Part shown: in pieces, positions 51,601 to 64,000 of the stretch | How the letters are laid out: the number at the start of each line of letters is the position of its first letter | Numbering within the stretch: position 1 is the first letter of the stretch | DNA from: Paraspadella gotoi | Lineage: Eukaryota > Animalia > Chaetognatha | Assembly: GCA_051294375.1 (NCBI GenBank) | Contig: JBJCIZ010000239.1 | Span: forward strand, 5,161,141 to 5,225,140 | Direction: 5' to 3' | DNA: 64,000 nt | The notes under the pieces: model-generated | What the model was told of the DNA's origin: nothing | The model's input: only the letters and a program-made list of their open reading frames with translations | Database searches by the model: none | Made by a program: the position numbers and the translations under genes

Positions 51601-52335
51601 GTGTGTCTAGTTCACTTATCTCTCTCTCCTCTTCTCTCTCATCGTCTCTCTCTCGTTCTGCTCTCGGTCTTCTCTCCTCTCTCTCTCGTCTCGGTCTCTT
51701 CTGCTCTCTCGTCTCTCTCTTGCAGTCTCTCTGTCTCTGTGCTCGTACTCCTGATCTCGTCTTCTGTGATTCAAAATCGAAGACGGATCAACTTCGTGGT
51801 GTGAAAAAAAAAGAAACGTGAAATGACTCTCTCACCTTTCACTTAAAGAGTTGTGAAAGTTTTCAAATTAACAATAATCAAAATTCTAAAAGTGAAAATT
51901 AAACAAGACTACGCAGATTAACATTATCGTAAAAATATAAATTTAGTATCAATCTTGGGTTTGGTATACTTACTACTTACCCCAATAAAATGTCAAAATT
52001 TCTAAATAGTTTTCATGACAGATTCTGATTCGTCATGAAAGTAAATATACAGAAGAAATATTTACTTTTTTTTTAATTTAGGAAACCTATCACTTCTAAG
52101 CTTCAAATTAGACTTGTGCTGTTTATAAGTACAGTTTTTTAAATCTTTAATCAACTCGGGGTTAGAATAGTTCTGCATGAGTCGGCATTGGTCAGCGTGG
52201 GTTTGAATGCGTTGGCACGGGTCGGCGAGTCGGACGCGCTTCCCTTCCGCCTCCAGATCTCAAAAAAAAGGCGGAGGTGTCGATGGTCAAAGATTCATTG
52301 GCTCCGAAAATGTCGACGATGACAGAGACAAATGG

Positions 52336-52422
52336 CGGCGGTTGGTCGGAAGCGGTCGGTCGGAAGCGGTCGGTCGGAGGCGGTTGGTCGGAAGCGGTTG
52401 GTTGGAAGAAGTTGGTCGGAGG
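52336..52422 (+). repeat. 14 bp minisatellite (ggtcggaagcggty)
   Basis: About 6 units are visible. Confidence 0.85.
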
Positions 52423-53467
52423 CAACGAGATAGAGGCGGTTGCGATGGAAGAGTTTCTTGGTGTGATGACAAAGAAAGCAAAACTTTAAGTTGGAAGCGA
52501 ATGAAGGAGACAAGCTTCCGTAATTTCCAATCTGAACATTTTTATATGATTTCTAAATCTTGTAAGATTAATTGTCACGTAATGTATTGTAATGTAATGA
52601 CATGGAATTTAACTGATGAGAGACCGACCTAATAGAAAAAAAGTAAAAGTAAAATGTGAAAATGAAAGAGAAGGTTCATTTTAAAATTTGATTTGACGAT
52701 TTACTTGTGATGTTCTCACATGAAGCTAGAAACGCATTTTAACATGTTAACACTTCTCAGATCAGGTGTAAGTTTTTATCTCATCGAAGGCGCAATTACT
52801 AAACGAAAAAGAAATATTATGACGTTAGTGAATTAGTCTTTTTTTATTGTTAAAAAAATATACAACCTTGCCTTTTAAATCTGGAAAATGATGAAGAAAA
52901 CATTGACGTCAACGAGAATGATCAAAGACAAGACAAGAAACATGATGAAAAGAACGATAACGACAATAAAACAAGGACAAAGAAATATACATCGATTGAA
53001 AAACGACCGAAAGGACAAGAACAGTGTATGGGAAAAGACAAAGGCGAGAAGCCCGAGGAAGATGATACAGAAAGACGACGAACGGCGACCGACCAACGAC
53101 GCCGGGTGGGCGTGACCGGGCCGTCAAAGGCGCGGGAACAAGAAAAATCACGCGCGTCTCCGCGTCGCGTGTTGGTCGAATTAATTGANNNNNNNNNNNN
53201 NNNNNNNNNNNNNNNNNNNNNNNNNNNNNNNNNNNNNNNNNNNNNNNNNNNNNNNNNNNNNNNNNNNNNNNNNNNNNNNNNNNNNNTTGGAAGATGGGTT
53301 GGAGCAAGAGTGATGAGATTGTTGGAAAGAAAAGAAAAGAGAGGATGGCTGGAGCTGATTTGGATTGTTGGAGCGAAAGAGATTGGATTGTTGGAGTGAG
53401 AGAATTGGAGTATGAACGGAGCTGGGAAAATATGGAGAGGATATTTGTTGGGGAAATGAAATGGGAA

Positions 53468-53525
53468 TCAAGACACTCACAGTCTCGTTCATTCACTTCC
53501 AGAGTACCCTGGCTTCCCAAATCTT
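53468..53525 (+). mobile_element. Internal fragment of the 31722-32030 MITE
   Basis: 'tcaagacactcacagtctcgttcattcacttccagagtaccctggcttc' matches 31869-31918. Confidence 0.65.
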
Positions 53526-53694
53526 TTCAGAAATATCCAAAGTATAAAGGAACACTTCCTTGATATATTATCATTTTATAATTGTAATCATAACTTATAA
53601 TTAAATTTTATCTCTTACCTTTTTTTTCGTTCTCCAATTTTCTTCATGAGTGTAAAACGGATCGAAGTCGCTGCTCGCTTGATTGCCAAAGATT

Positions 53695-53728
<34 letters not shown>

Positions 53729-54173
53729 NNNNNNNNNNNNNNNNNNNNNNNNNNNNNNNNNNNNNNNNNNNNNNNNNNNNNNNNNNNNNNNNNNNNNNNN
53801 NNNNNNNNNNNNNNNNNNNNNNNNNNNNNNNNNNNNNNNNNNNNNNNNNNNNNNNNNNNNNNNNNNNNNNNNNNTATTTCCGCCGATGAACGTCGATGGC
53901 GAAACCAAGTGAATAATTAAGTGAATGAATGAATGAATGAATGAATGAAAGAATGAATNNNNNNNNNNNNNNNNNNNNNNNNNNNNNNNNNNNNNNNNNN
54001 NNNNNNNNNNNNNNNNNNNNNNNNNNNNNNNNNNNNNNNNNNNNNNNNNNNNNNNNNNNNNNNNNNNNNNNNNNNNNNNNNNNNNNNNNNNNNNNNNNNN
54101 NNNNNNNNNNNNNNNNNNNNNNNNNNNNNNNNNNNNNNNNNNNTTTCTTTCCCTCTCTTTCTCTTTCTTTTCT

Positions 54174-54212
<39 letters not shown>

Positions 54213-55344
54213 CTCTTCTCCATGTTTGTACTCTCTCTCTTGTCACGTTTTTTACGACGAATCTTTATTTTCTCTTCGATTTAAATCGATTAGCCTTGGT
54301 CACGTCTTGGCACAGAGAGAGAGAAGGAGGAGAGAGAAGAGAGAGAGGAGAGATGAGGAGACGAAGAGAGGAGGAGAAGAGAAGGAGAGAGAGAGGAAGA
54401 GAGACGAGAGAGAGGAGACGAGAGCAGAGAGAGAGAGACCGAGATGACAAGGAGAGGATGAGAGGAGAGGATAAGAAGATGAGAGAGAGAGGATGAGGAG
54501 GGAAGGAGAGGAGAGACGCCTCCATTTTTTTTCTCTCTCTAAATTTATCATTTTTGGAACTTTTACGCCTTCGCACCTCGTCGTCGTCATCGTCGTCGTC
54601 GTCTCGCCATCAGCTTCTATTTTAAAATTTCGTAGGAATATTTATTTTCCTTCATTAAAATCAATTAAATCGTCTTCCTTTTTTGCTTCTCCTCCTCTTC
54701 CTTCTCCCCATTCTTCTTTACTTCCTCCTCCCCCTCTTCCTCCTCCCCATTCTTTTCCACTCTCTCCTCCTCTTCCTCTTCCGTCACCTGTTCGTATCGC
54801 AGGTGATTTTTCTCTTTCGTTGTCGTCGTCGTCGTTGTTGTTGCTGTTATATGGCGGAAACGCGTCGCTATGGCAACGGTGGAATCGCATTTGGCGGATA
54901 TAATGATGATGTCGTTTTCGAATCGTCGTCGTCCTGATGCTGATTGTCGTCGTCGTCGTCTTTGTTGTCGTCGTCCATCTATCGGCGGGAAACGACATCA
55001 CGGTTTTCACGTTTCGTTCGTCGAGGAGGTGATTTTTGGCGGGAAGAGTCGGGGTAAGTTAGGAAACGTGGAAAGCTTTGGAAAATTTAAAAATAGGATT
55101 TTACGAATTTATAAAAAAATTACCTGCTTTACTATTTTTTATCTAATTTCATATTTTATTCATTTTAATCTTGCTAACTTTTTTAATTATTTATTTATTT
55201 TTTATTGTTTACTTATTTCCTTTTTTCTTTCTTTCTTTCTTTCTTTCTTTCTTTTCTTTCTTTCTTCTTTCTTTCCTCTTTCTTTCTTCTTTTCTTTTCT
55301 TTCTTTCTTTCTATTTCTTTCTTTCTTCTTTCTTTCTCTCTCTC

Positions 55345-55381
<37 letters not shown>

Positions 55382-56282
55382 TTCTTTCTTTTCCTTTTCA
55401 ATTCGGATATCTCTTCTCCCCATACTCTTTTTTTCATCGTCCCTTCTTTCTCTCTCCGCCATTTAAAAAAAAATCCCCTAAGCGTCAAAGAGACAAACGA
55501 CATTTCTCTCTTCTTCTTCTTCCTCCCCTTCTTCTCCTTCCTCCCCACTTCACTCCCGCTCCCTCCCTCTCCCCTTAAAAAACAAATTCTCCTCGGATAA
55601 GCCTTTTGTTTTCACCTGCGACGAATGAACTAGAGGTGGCGCTGTCGCGATGGCGCAATCAAGCGGCGTTGATTGAATGGCGCCGTTTTTTTTTCGGAGA
55701 CGAGACTGCAGGCGGCGCTGTTTTTAGAGACACGTCGGCTGCATCGTGAGGGCGCTGTTTTGTTCTACGCAGTGAACGATATTGCACGACCAAAAGAAGG
55801 GGCATTGTTTCACCGCGGCAGCAAATTTAAGCGTAAAACCGCAGCATCTCGCGAATCTTGTAGCAATGAAACGCGACATCACGAGTCGGCATCAATGTCC
55901 ATGTCGCGACAGAAATACTTGCAACGCCGCTTTTTCCGATCGCAAAACAAATGTTAAAGTAAATACAACGTAACACTCATGCAAATTTAAAAAAAAATGT
56001 ATGGATAAACTAATAAATTTCTTTTTAAAAATTCATCAACAAACTGTATTCTATCGAATCGACTTTCGTAAGCTCCGAAAGCGGATTTGCAATTTGAATT
56101 GGGGCGCCGTTGGAGGCAACGTGCAAAAAAAAAAAAAAAAGGAAAGGAAAAACGTCCCATAAATAGAATTTGCATGTTATTAAGTCGGAAAGAGAAAGAC
56201 GCGCGGAGAGAAAACCCCGTCGCCTCAACTATAACCCCATTATCTACGTTTAAAAAAAAAAGTTCGTTTAGGGGGGCGATTT

Positions 56283-56570
56283 AGGGGCGAAGTGAGGGGA
56301 TTGTAAGGCGAAGTGCGGCATAGTGAGGGGATTGTATGGCAAACTGCGGTTAAGGAAGGGGATTGTATGGCAAAGTGCGGTAAAGGAAGGGGATTTAATG
56401 GCATAGTGTGGCAAAGTGGGGGGAATCTAAGGCGAAGTGCAGCAATGTGAGGGGATTGTTAGGCGAAGTGCGGGATAGTGATCGGAATTCTATGGCAAAG
56501 GCTGGCAAAGTGAGGAGATTGTAGGGCGAAGGGTGGCGAAGTGAGGGGATTGTAAGGGGAAGTGAGTGGA
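56283..56570 (+). repeat. ~31 bp minisatellite (ggcgaagtgcggcaaagtgaggggattgtaa), about 9 copies
   Basis: Periodic 'gtgaggggattgta' and 'ggcgaagtgcgg' motifs. Confidence 0.9.
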
Positions 56571-57590
56571 TGCAGAGACGAAGAAAATAAAATAAAAATA
56601 AAGATGAACCTGTTACTTACATAGTTCACCTCAATTCAGAAATCATCCAAAAACAACATCCCCCAAATTTTTCTAACCCGCCCTCCTCTCCCCTTCCCTT
56701 ACCCTACCCTCCCCTCCCCCAATCGCCGAACGAAGATGACCCCAATTTTTATTGTGCATTAAATCTACTTTTTAACTCGTTCTCTCTCTTTCTCCTTGCT
56801 TTTTTTTTTTTGGCCGTCGTGAAATGTTTTGCTGCTTCAAATGCGTGATTCTGCTAAATTTTTTTTACATTGAGCTTTCGTCAGTATGGGATCGAGGTTT
56901 CGGGTTATCCTTCTTTTCTCGTCCTCTGACTCTTTCTGTCTTCCTCTCTTTCTCGTTTCTTCTCTCTTTCTTCTCTCTTCTCTCTCTCTGTTATCCTTTT
57001 TTTTTTGTTTTTGATTACTCTTTTTCTTCTTTCTTCTTTCTTCCTCCCTCCTCTTTCTCCTTCTCTCTCTCTCTTCCTTTCTCTTTCTCTTTTCTTCTCA
57101 CTTTCCTATTTTCTCTTCTCTCTTTTCCTCTTTTTCCTGTTTTCCTCCTCATCTTCTCCCTTTCCTCTTTCCTCCTCTCTCTCTTCCTCACTTTCTCTTT
57201 GCTCTCTCCCTTTTCTCCCATCTCCTCCTTTCTCTTCTTTCTTTTTCTCCTTTCCCTCCTTTTTTCTTCCTCATTTCTTTCCTTCTCATTCTTCTTCTCT
57301 TCTTTCTCTTCTCTTTTGACTCTCGCCATATGTTCGCGTCATTCGGTCTCTCACTCTCGTTCACGGGATCTTTTAACTCTCTCTCTCTCTCTCTCTCTCT
57401 CTGTATCACTGATAGATAAAACTGATCGAAATAAACACATACAATAATACAACTATACAATAATAAATACATGTTATTGTATTAAAAGGCAAAAAATCGA
57501 GATTTCCAAAAAAATAGATTTAAAATTTTTCATAATTGAGTGCGGGACACGAAATTAGCGCTTTGTCTAGCAATGCGAATCGGAAGACAA

Positions 57591-57626
<36 letters not shown>

Positions 57627-58824
57627 NNNNNNNNNNNNNNNNNNNNNNNNNNNNNNNNNNNNNNNNNNNNNNNNNNNNNNNNNNNNNNNNNNNNNNNNNN
57701 NNNNNNNNNGCACCCTGTTGTGTTTTCTTTTTTTCCTCTTTTTTATAATTTTCTTTCTTTTCTCTTTTTTTATTCCCAGCGCAATAAATCATCATACCGC
57801 TTCTTTCTTTTTCTTTCTTTTTTTTCCTTTTTTTTTTCTTTCTTTTCTTTATTTCCCATAGCCTGTCCGCTTTGTCAAAAAAGAAGGAAATAGAAAAGAA
57901 AAGAAAAGAAAGAAAGAGAAGTTCTTTTCTATTTTCGGACCCAAAACGAAGAAGAAAAAACAAGAGTTAAGGATAAGGAACAATCAATGCCAGTTATTCA
58001 TTGCTTAAGTTACTTTTCTTTACTTTGAATAATTTCTGTTACAGTTTTTTGTCAGCACAAGTAATAAAAGTAGCTTTTACAGCAATTTCTAAACTCTAAT
58101 ACCAAACTTTATTCTCAATTTCGTTCTCAAATAAAATTTCACAGTATGCTTTTTTTAAAGAAAAATTTCGATATTTCTCTCCATTTCGGTTCGATAAATT
58201 AATAAAACAAATATAACCAAACAGGAAAATGTTTTATTATATTAGTCGATCCGACCCAAGACTGACTTTTATTTAAATTAGATTTAAGCACTGAGTTTTG
58301 GGTAAAAATTTTTTCATCATCACTAAAACAATAAAAAAGACGTAAATTTTAACAGTATTTAATACATAAATCTCAAAAGTCTTTATTTAACATTTTTAAT
58401 CGTACACTTATATAATTTAATTTATTTATATTTCCACAATTAAATTCACTCAACGTAATTTCTATCAACAGGGCTATTTCACACCAGCATGTAACCCAGC
58501 TCTGTTAATTCACATTTATCTGCCTCCGTATGTAACCTCTCATCATAATCTTGCCCCGTATGTAACCCCTTTAACACGAGGCTCTCTAAACCGGAACGAG
58601 GAAGGAAGCGAAGGACACGAGAAAATTCGTTGCGCGCGTGAGATTCCAGTGTGTGAGACCATGGGTGACTCATCGCTCTCTGAGAGAGAGAGAGAGAGAG
58701 GAGCAGAGAGAAAGAGAGTAGAGAGAGAGAGAGAGAGAGAAATCGCACCGTCCCAACCCCGACCCTTTTTTTATGATCTTCATTTTTGGGTAGATCTTTC
58801 ATCACTTTACCCTCAAACCACAAA

Positions 58825-60420
58825 AGAAACTGACCTTTCCCTGACTCGGATGATCCAGAATTTCCTTAACCAACTTTAAACATCGGGTTTTCTTGTCCTT
58901 GTGCTACATCATCGCAATCTTCTTCAGTTTCCCCCTTTATTAGTTGCGCCGCAGTATTACGCTGTGCATCTGAGCAAAACCTCAAATCTAAGCGATTGCT
59001 GCGCCGCCTCAGGAAATTATAAATCTATAAAGAATAAAAGACGGGCAGAAGAAAGTCAATGCGGCGCAACACAAAATTTGAATCTTCCGTTCTTGTTTTC
59101 TTCAAAATCCTTTCCCCCTTTAATTTTCCCCTTTCCTTTTTTTCCCATTCCTTTTTCCACCACTACCTTTCTTCTTTCTTTCCCTACCTATAATATTTCT
59201 TTCCTATTTCTTTCTTTTTCTTTCTCTTCTTTCCATTTTCCCGTCCTCCCTATTTTCTCAAATGTTTTTTTCTTCTCGTTTTCTCTCTCTTTCGTTAATT
59301 CCTCTATTTCCATTTCCTCCTCTACTTCCTCCCTCCCTTCCTCCCCTTTCCTCCCCCTTTTCTTTCTTTGACTCCCCTTCCTCCTGTTTCTTTTCCCTCT
59401 AAAAAAGAAATAAAAACTAAATAATCGTCTTCTTCCTTTTTTTTCCTTCGCAGCAAAAAAAAAAAAAGGCAAAGAATAATAAATCTTTTCTCTCTTTCGA
59501 CTCCCGATCGCTTCTCTCACATCTCTCTCTCTTCCTCTCATCTCTCTCTCTCTCTCTCTTCTCTCATCTCTCTCTCTTCCCATAATTTAATTTTTTATTT
59601 TCCTTTTTATCTGTTTTTTGTTTCCTTAAGGAAAAGAACGGACAATCGTTGACAGTCGTCGTCGTCGTCGTCGTCGTCGTCGTTAACTTTCTCATCTGTC
59701 TCCCTTTGTTCTGCCACTGTTTCTTCATAAATTTAAATTATCTGTTTAAATTGACCCGCGAAGCTTGCATTTGATCCGAAATTAAAAATTAATTATGAAT
59801 CATGAATGAGGGTACAGGATGGAAAAATAGATGGTTCACATTTTTTCATATTTCAATTTTTAGGCATTAAAGTACTTACGATCAAACAAGTAAGGGTAAG
59901 GACCCGGCGGATTGGGATGATACCCGGTACCTAGTGGTTCCAATGAAGCTGAAGGCTCACGACTAATGTGTCAAGCTTATAGTCAGGGTGAACTTCCTGC
60001 AATGCACCGAATACAAAGTGAATTATTAATTTTTATCTAATTTAAGAAGAACAATCAATCAATATATCACTCAATCTAATACCAATCTATCAATTATTAG
60101 ATCAATCATTTCAATCAATCCAAAGTAAGTGCAGTATCTTGTCTGCATTAAATAAATTCGTCAAATCCCTTATCTTTGTTCAGTCGCATTTCGCATTGGT
60201 TGGCAATATTGTTTTGGTCTTCTCTCATGAGATTTGGACCATGATGGTCAATTCATGAGGTCAATCACGGGGTCATCCATGGACCATCACGTGACCGAGA
60301 ACAGAGGATCGCTCAGTGAAATAGGGGAAATTCGCTAAAACCTAGTTTTTGATTAAAGTCCGAGTTCGAGATAAGGCTTCATTCTAACCTAATTTGTTAT
60401 TCGGTTCTCTCTCTCTCTCT
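58825..60420 (+). repeat. ~1.6 kb direct duplication, insertion-rich copy (partner 62457-64000)
   Basis: Both copies run from 'aaactgacctttcc(c)tgac(c)tcggatgatccagaatt' to 'ccgagttcgagataaggcttcattctaac'. Confidence 0.95.
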
Positions 60421-61659
60421 CTCTCTCTCGCTCTTTCTCTCCTCTCTCTATCTCTCTCATCTCTTCTCTCTTCTCTCTCTTCCTGTCTGTCCTGTCTGTC
60501 TGTCTGTCTGTCTGTCTGTCGTCTCTCTCTCATTCTATTTATCTCTCTCTAAATCTAATATCTCCCTTTTGATCATTCTAATTGTATCGACAATCAATTC
60601 ATTCAACCAATCATAGAGAAGTTCAATTTTTAAGTTTTCACTTTGGCTGTCTGTTTTGCTCAAGGGAGATCAGAGGAGAGAGACAGAGAAGAGAGAGAGA
60701 GAGAGAGAGAGGAAGAGAGAGAAGAGAGAGAGAGAGAAGAGGAGAGAGAGAGAGAGAGATAAGAGAGAGAGGAAAAAAGACAGAACTGAGACAGGGAAAG
60801 GGGCAGAGAGACAGGGAAAGGGAAATTAGGACGGGGAAACAGGGACAAGGAAAAGGGGAAGGGACGCAGAGAAAGAACAAAAGAGAACAGGGAAAAGAGG
60901 AATGTGAAACAGGGAGAAGGAGAAAAAGGAATTAAGGAAACAGGAAAAGGGAAAGAGAAACCGAGTTACGGGACAAGGAAACAGGGAGACATGGAAAAGG
61001 AGAGAAAAAGATAGGGTATAAGTAAAATGGGGATTGGAGCGAAAGAGGAAATGGAATCGGAGAAGATTCAAAAAAAATGTGAATCTTCGAGAAGACATCA
61101 TGTTGTACGATTAAAAGGCACTCTGCTTATGCAACGGGGAGGGATTTCTCTTTTTGGTTGTGTGGGAAGAGAGAAGAGAAGGAGGAGGAGGAGGAGGAGG
61201 AGGAGGGAGGAGAATTAAAGTGGTTTGGGATTGTTGTTGTTTTGTTTTGTTGTGTTTTTAATGTGTTTTTTTATTTCCCCTTCTCGTGTTATTTTTTTGG
61301 GTGTATTTTTTATATTTTTCTTCTTCTTCTTTTTTTTCTTTTCTTCTTTTCTTTTTTTTTTTCTTTCTTTTTCTTTCTTTCTTTTCTTTCTCTTTCTTTC
61401 TTTCTCTTCTTTCTTTCTTTCTTGCTCTGTTCTTTCTTTCTTTCTTTCTTTCCGAAAGCCTTACAGTTGTGGCCTCTCGAGAAACACCAAGGCCCATTGC
61501 GAGCCATCCCTATTTCCGACATGCGACCCCCGCCTTTTGCGTCGGCCGGCTTATTGCCGACGCAGCCCTTTGCGACGCTACCCGCACATTCGCTCCCTCC
61601 GCGCCGACGCCAGACCGTTGGCATCCTCTTGCCCACAGGATTTCCGTTTTTTGTTCGCT

Positions 61660-61717
<58 letters not shown>

Positions 61718-62456
61718 AGAGAGAGAGAGATAGGAGAGACGCAGGCGANNNNNNNNNNNNNNNNNNNNNNNNNTTTCTTTTCTTTTCTTTTCTTTTCTTT
61801 GTTTCTTATTTTCTTTTGCTTTTAGTTTTGATTTTTTTTATTTTCTTTTCTTTTTTTTCCCTTTCTTTTCTTCTCTTTGTTTCTTCTTTTCTTTTGCTTT
61901 TTGTTTTGCTTTTTTTTCATTATCTTTTCTTTACTTTTTATATTTTCATTTCTTTCTTCCCTTTCTCAATAATCCTGACTCACTATTTTTTCTTTCCTCT
62001 TCTCTTTTTTTTCTCTTTCATCCCCCTTCAATCTTTCTTCTCTATTTCCTCTCCTCTTTCTTTTCTTTCCGTCTTCTCTCTTTCCCTACTTCCGCCTCCA
62101 TTGGCCCGAGATAGAGCGACGCCGATTCTCGTGGCGACATAAAGGCTAAATAATTGCCCATAAAATCGACTCTTTCATTGAACAAACATGNNNNNNNNNN
62201 NNNNNNNNNNNNNNNNNNNNNNNNNNNNNNNNNNNNNNNNNNNNNNNNNNNNNNNNNNNNNNNNNNNNNNNNNNNNNNNNNNNNNNNNNNNNNNNNNNNN
62301 NNNNNNNNNNNNNNNNNNNNNNNNNNNNNNNNNNNNNNNNNNNNNNNNNNNNNNNNNNNNNNNNNNNNNNNNNNNNNNNNNNNNNNNNNNNNNNNNNNNN
62401 NNNNNNNNNNNNNNNNNNNNNNNNNNNNNNNNNNNNNNNNNNNNNNNNNNNNNNNN

Positions 62457-64000
62457 AAAAAAAACTGACCTTTCCTGACCTCGGATGATCCAGAATTCCT
62501 TACCAACTTTAAACATCGGGTTTTCTTGTCCTTTGCTATATCATCGCAATCTTTCTTCAGTTTCCCCTTTATTAGTTGCGCCGCGAGTATTCGCTGTGCA
62601 TTGAGCAAAACCTCAAATCTAAGCGACTGCTTGCGCCGCCTTCAGGAAATTATAAATCTATAAAGAATAAAAGACGGGCTAAGAAAGTCAATGCGGCGCA
62701 AAAAAAATTCGAAATTCCGTTCTTGTTGTCTTCAATCCTTTCCCTCTTTAATTTTCCCCTTCCTTTTTTTTCCATTCCTTTTTCCCCACTACCTTTCTTC
62801 TTTCTTTCCCCTACCTATAATATTTCTTTCCTATTTCTTTACTTTTTCTTTCTTCTCTCTTTCCCATTTCCCGTCCTCCTCATTTTTCTCATGTTTTCTT
62901 CTTCGTTTCCTCTCTCTTTCGTATTCCTCTTATTTCCATTTCCTCCCTCTCTTCCTCCCTCCCTTCCTCCCCCTTTCCTCCCCCTTTCCTTCCTCCCTTC
63001 CTCCCTGTTTCTTTCCTCCTANNNNNNNNNNNNNNNNNNNNNNNNNNNNNNNNNNNNNNNNNNNNNNNNNNNNNNNNNNNNNNNNNNNNNNNNNNNNNNN
63101 NNNNNNNNNNNNNNNNNNNNNNNNNNNNNNNNNNNNNNNNNNNNNNNNNNNNNNNNNNNNNNNNNNNNNNNNNNNNNNNNNNNNNNNNNNNNNNNNNNNN
63201 NNNNNNNNNNNNNNNNNNNNNNNNNNNNNNNNNNNNNNNNNNNNNNNNNNNNNNNNNNNNNNNNNNNNNNNNNNNNNNNTCGTCGTTGTCGTCGTCGTTA
63301 ACTTTCTCATTGTCTCCCTTTGTTCTTGCTTATTGTTTCTTCATAAATTTAATTATTGTTTATCGAGCGAAGCTTTGCCATTTTAACCGAAATTATAAAT
63401 TATTATGAATCATGAATGAGGGTGCAGTATAGAAATAGATGTTCACTTTTTCATATATCAATTTTTAGGCATTAAAGTGCTTACCGATCAACAAGTAGGG
63501 TAGGTACCGGGTTGGGATTGAACCCGGTACCTAGTGGTCATGAGCTGAAGGCTCATCACTAAATATGTCAAGCTTATAGTCAGGGTGAACTTATGCAATG
63601 CCCGAATACAAATGAATTTTAATTTTTATCTAATTTAAGAAGAACAATCAATCAATATATCACCCAATCTAATCAATCTATCAATTATTAGATCAATCAT
63701 TCAATCAATCCAAGTAAGTGAAGTATCTTGTCTGCATTAAATAAATTCGGTCAAATCCTTATCCTTTGTTCAGTCGCATTCGATTGCGTTGGCAATATTT
63801 TTTGGTCTTTCTCTCATGAGATTGACCATGAGGTCATTCATGAGGTCAATCACGGGGTCATCCATGGACATCACGTGACCAGAACAGAGGATCGCTCATG
63901 TGAATAGGGGAAATCGCTAAACCTAGTTTTTGATTAAGTCCGAGTTCGAGATAAGGCTTCATTCTAACTCTATTTGTTTCGGTCTCTCTCTCTCTCTCTC
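62457..64000 (+). repeat. ~1.6 kb direct duplication, cleaner copy with an internal N gap
   Basis: Colinear with 58825-60420. Confidence 0.95.
63501..63575 (-). mobile_element. tRNA-like (possible SINE head) double-hairpin segment; noisy twin at ~59895-59975
   Basis: The minus strand reads 'tttagtgatgagccttcagctcatgaccactaggtaccgggttcaatccc', with a B-box-like GGTTCAATCCC and a CTCATGA anticodon-loop-like motif. A perfect 13 bp stem spans 63501-63533. Confidence 0.4.

Noticed and set aside
56283-56570. 31 bp periodic array (and the 17, 19 and 20 bp arrays) as CRISPR
   Set aside because: The units are head-to-tail without unique spacers, so they are ordinary minisatellites.
58479-58640. Non-repetitive part of a minus-strand ORF (GLHTGQDYDERLHTEADKC) as a zinc-finger linker
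   Set aside because: It arises from a short 33 bp duplication ('cgtatgtaacc'), and C2H2 cysteine/histidine spacing is absent.
1-64000. The many ORFs rich in S/L/F, R/E/K or X
   Set aside because: They are translations of (CT)n, (GA)n, (TTTC)n, (GAC)n and (TTCA)n tracts or of N gaps. I recognise no domain, and they overlap in multiple frames on both strands.

Overview
This 64 kb window is AT-rich, microsatellite-laden eukaryotic DNA, probably invertebrate (the taxon cannot be determined from the sequence), from a gapped draft assembly. I recognise no protein-coding gene. Nearly all listed ORFs are translations of (CT)n/(GA)n/(GAC)n/(TTCA)n tracts or run through N gaps. The dominant structure is large-scale self-similarity: a ~16 kb palindrome (19651-35610), a ~7 kb palindrome (44460-51600), a shorter inverted pair (10292-10905 / 15125-15970) and several direct duplications. 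Paired copies differ mainly by scattered 1-2 nt indels, and several are bounded by gaps of exactly 25 N. This points to long-read gap-filling or fold-back artefacts, not real palindromes. The signals most likely to be real biology are: (i) a ~490 bp LTR with CCAAT/TATA/Inr/AATAAA elements followed by a 22-nt tRNA-Leu primer-binding site (36469-36986); (ii) at least three non-autonomous TIR (MITE/foldback-like) families, one carrying degenerate TTAGGG-like repeats; (iii) several minisatellites, including a CCAAT-box array; and (iv) a tRNA-like double hairpin. I found no CRISPR array, rRNA gene or intact tRNA gene, and no convincing new protein-based system. All alignments were done by eye, so boundaries are approximate.
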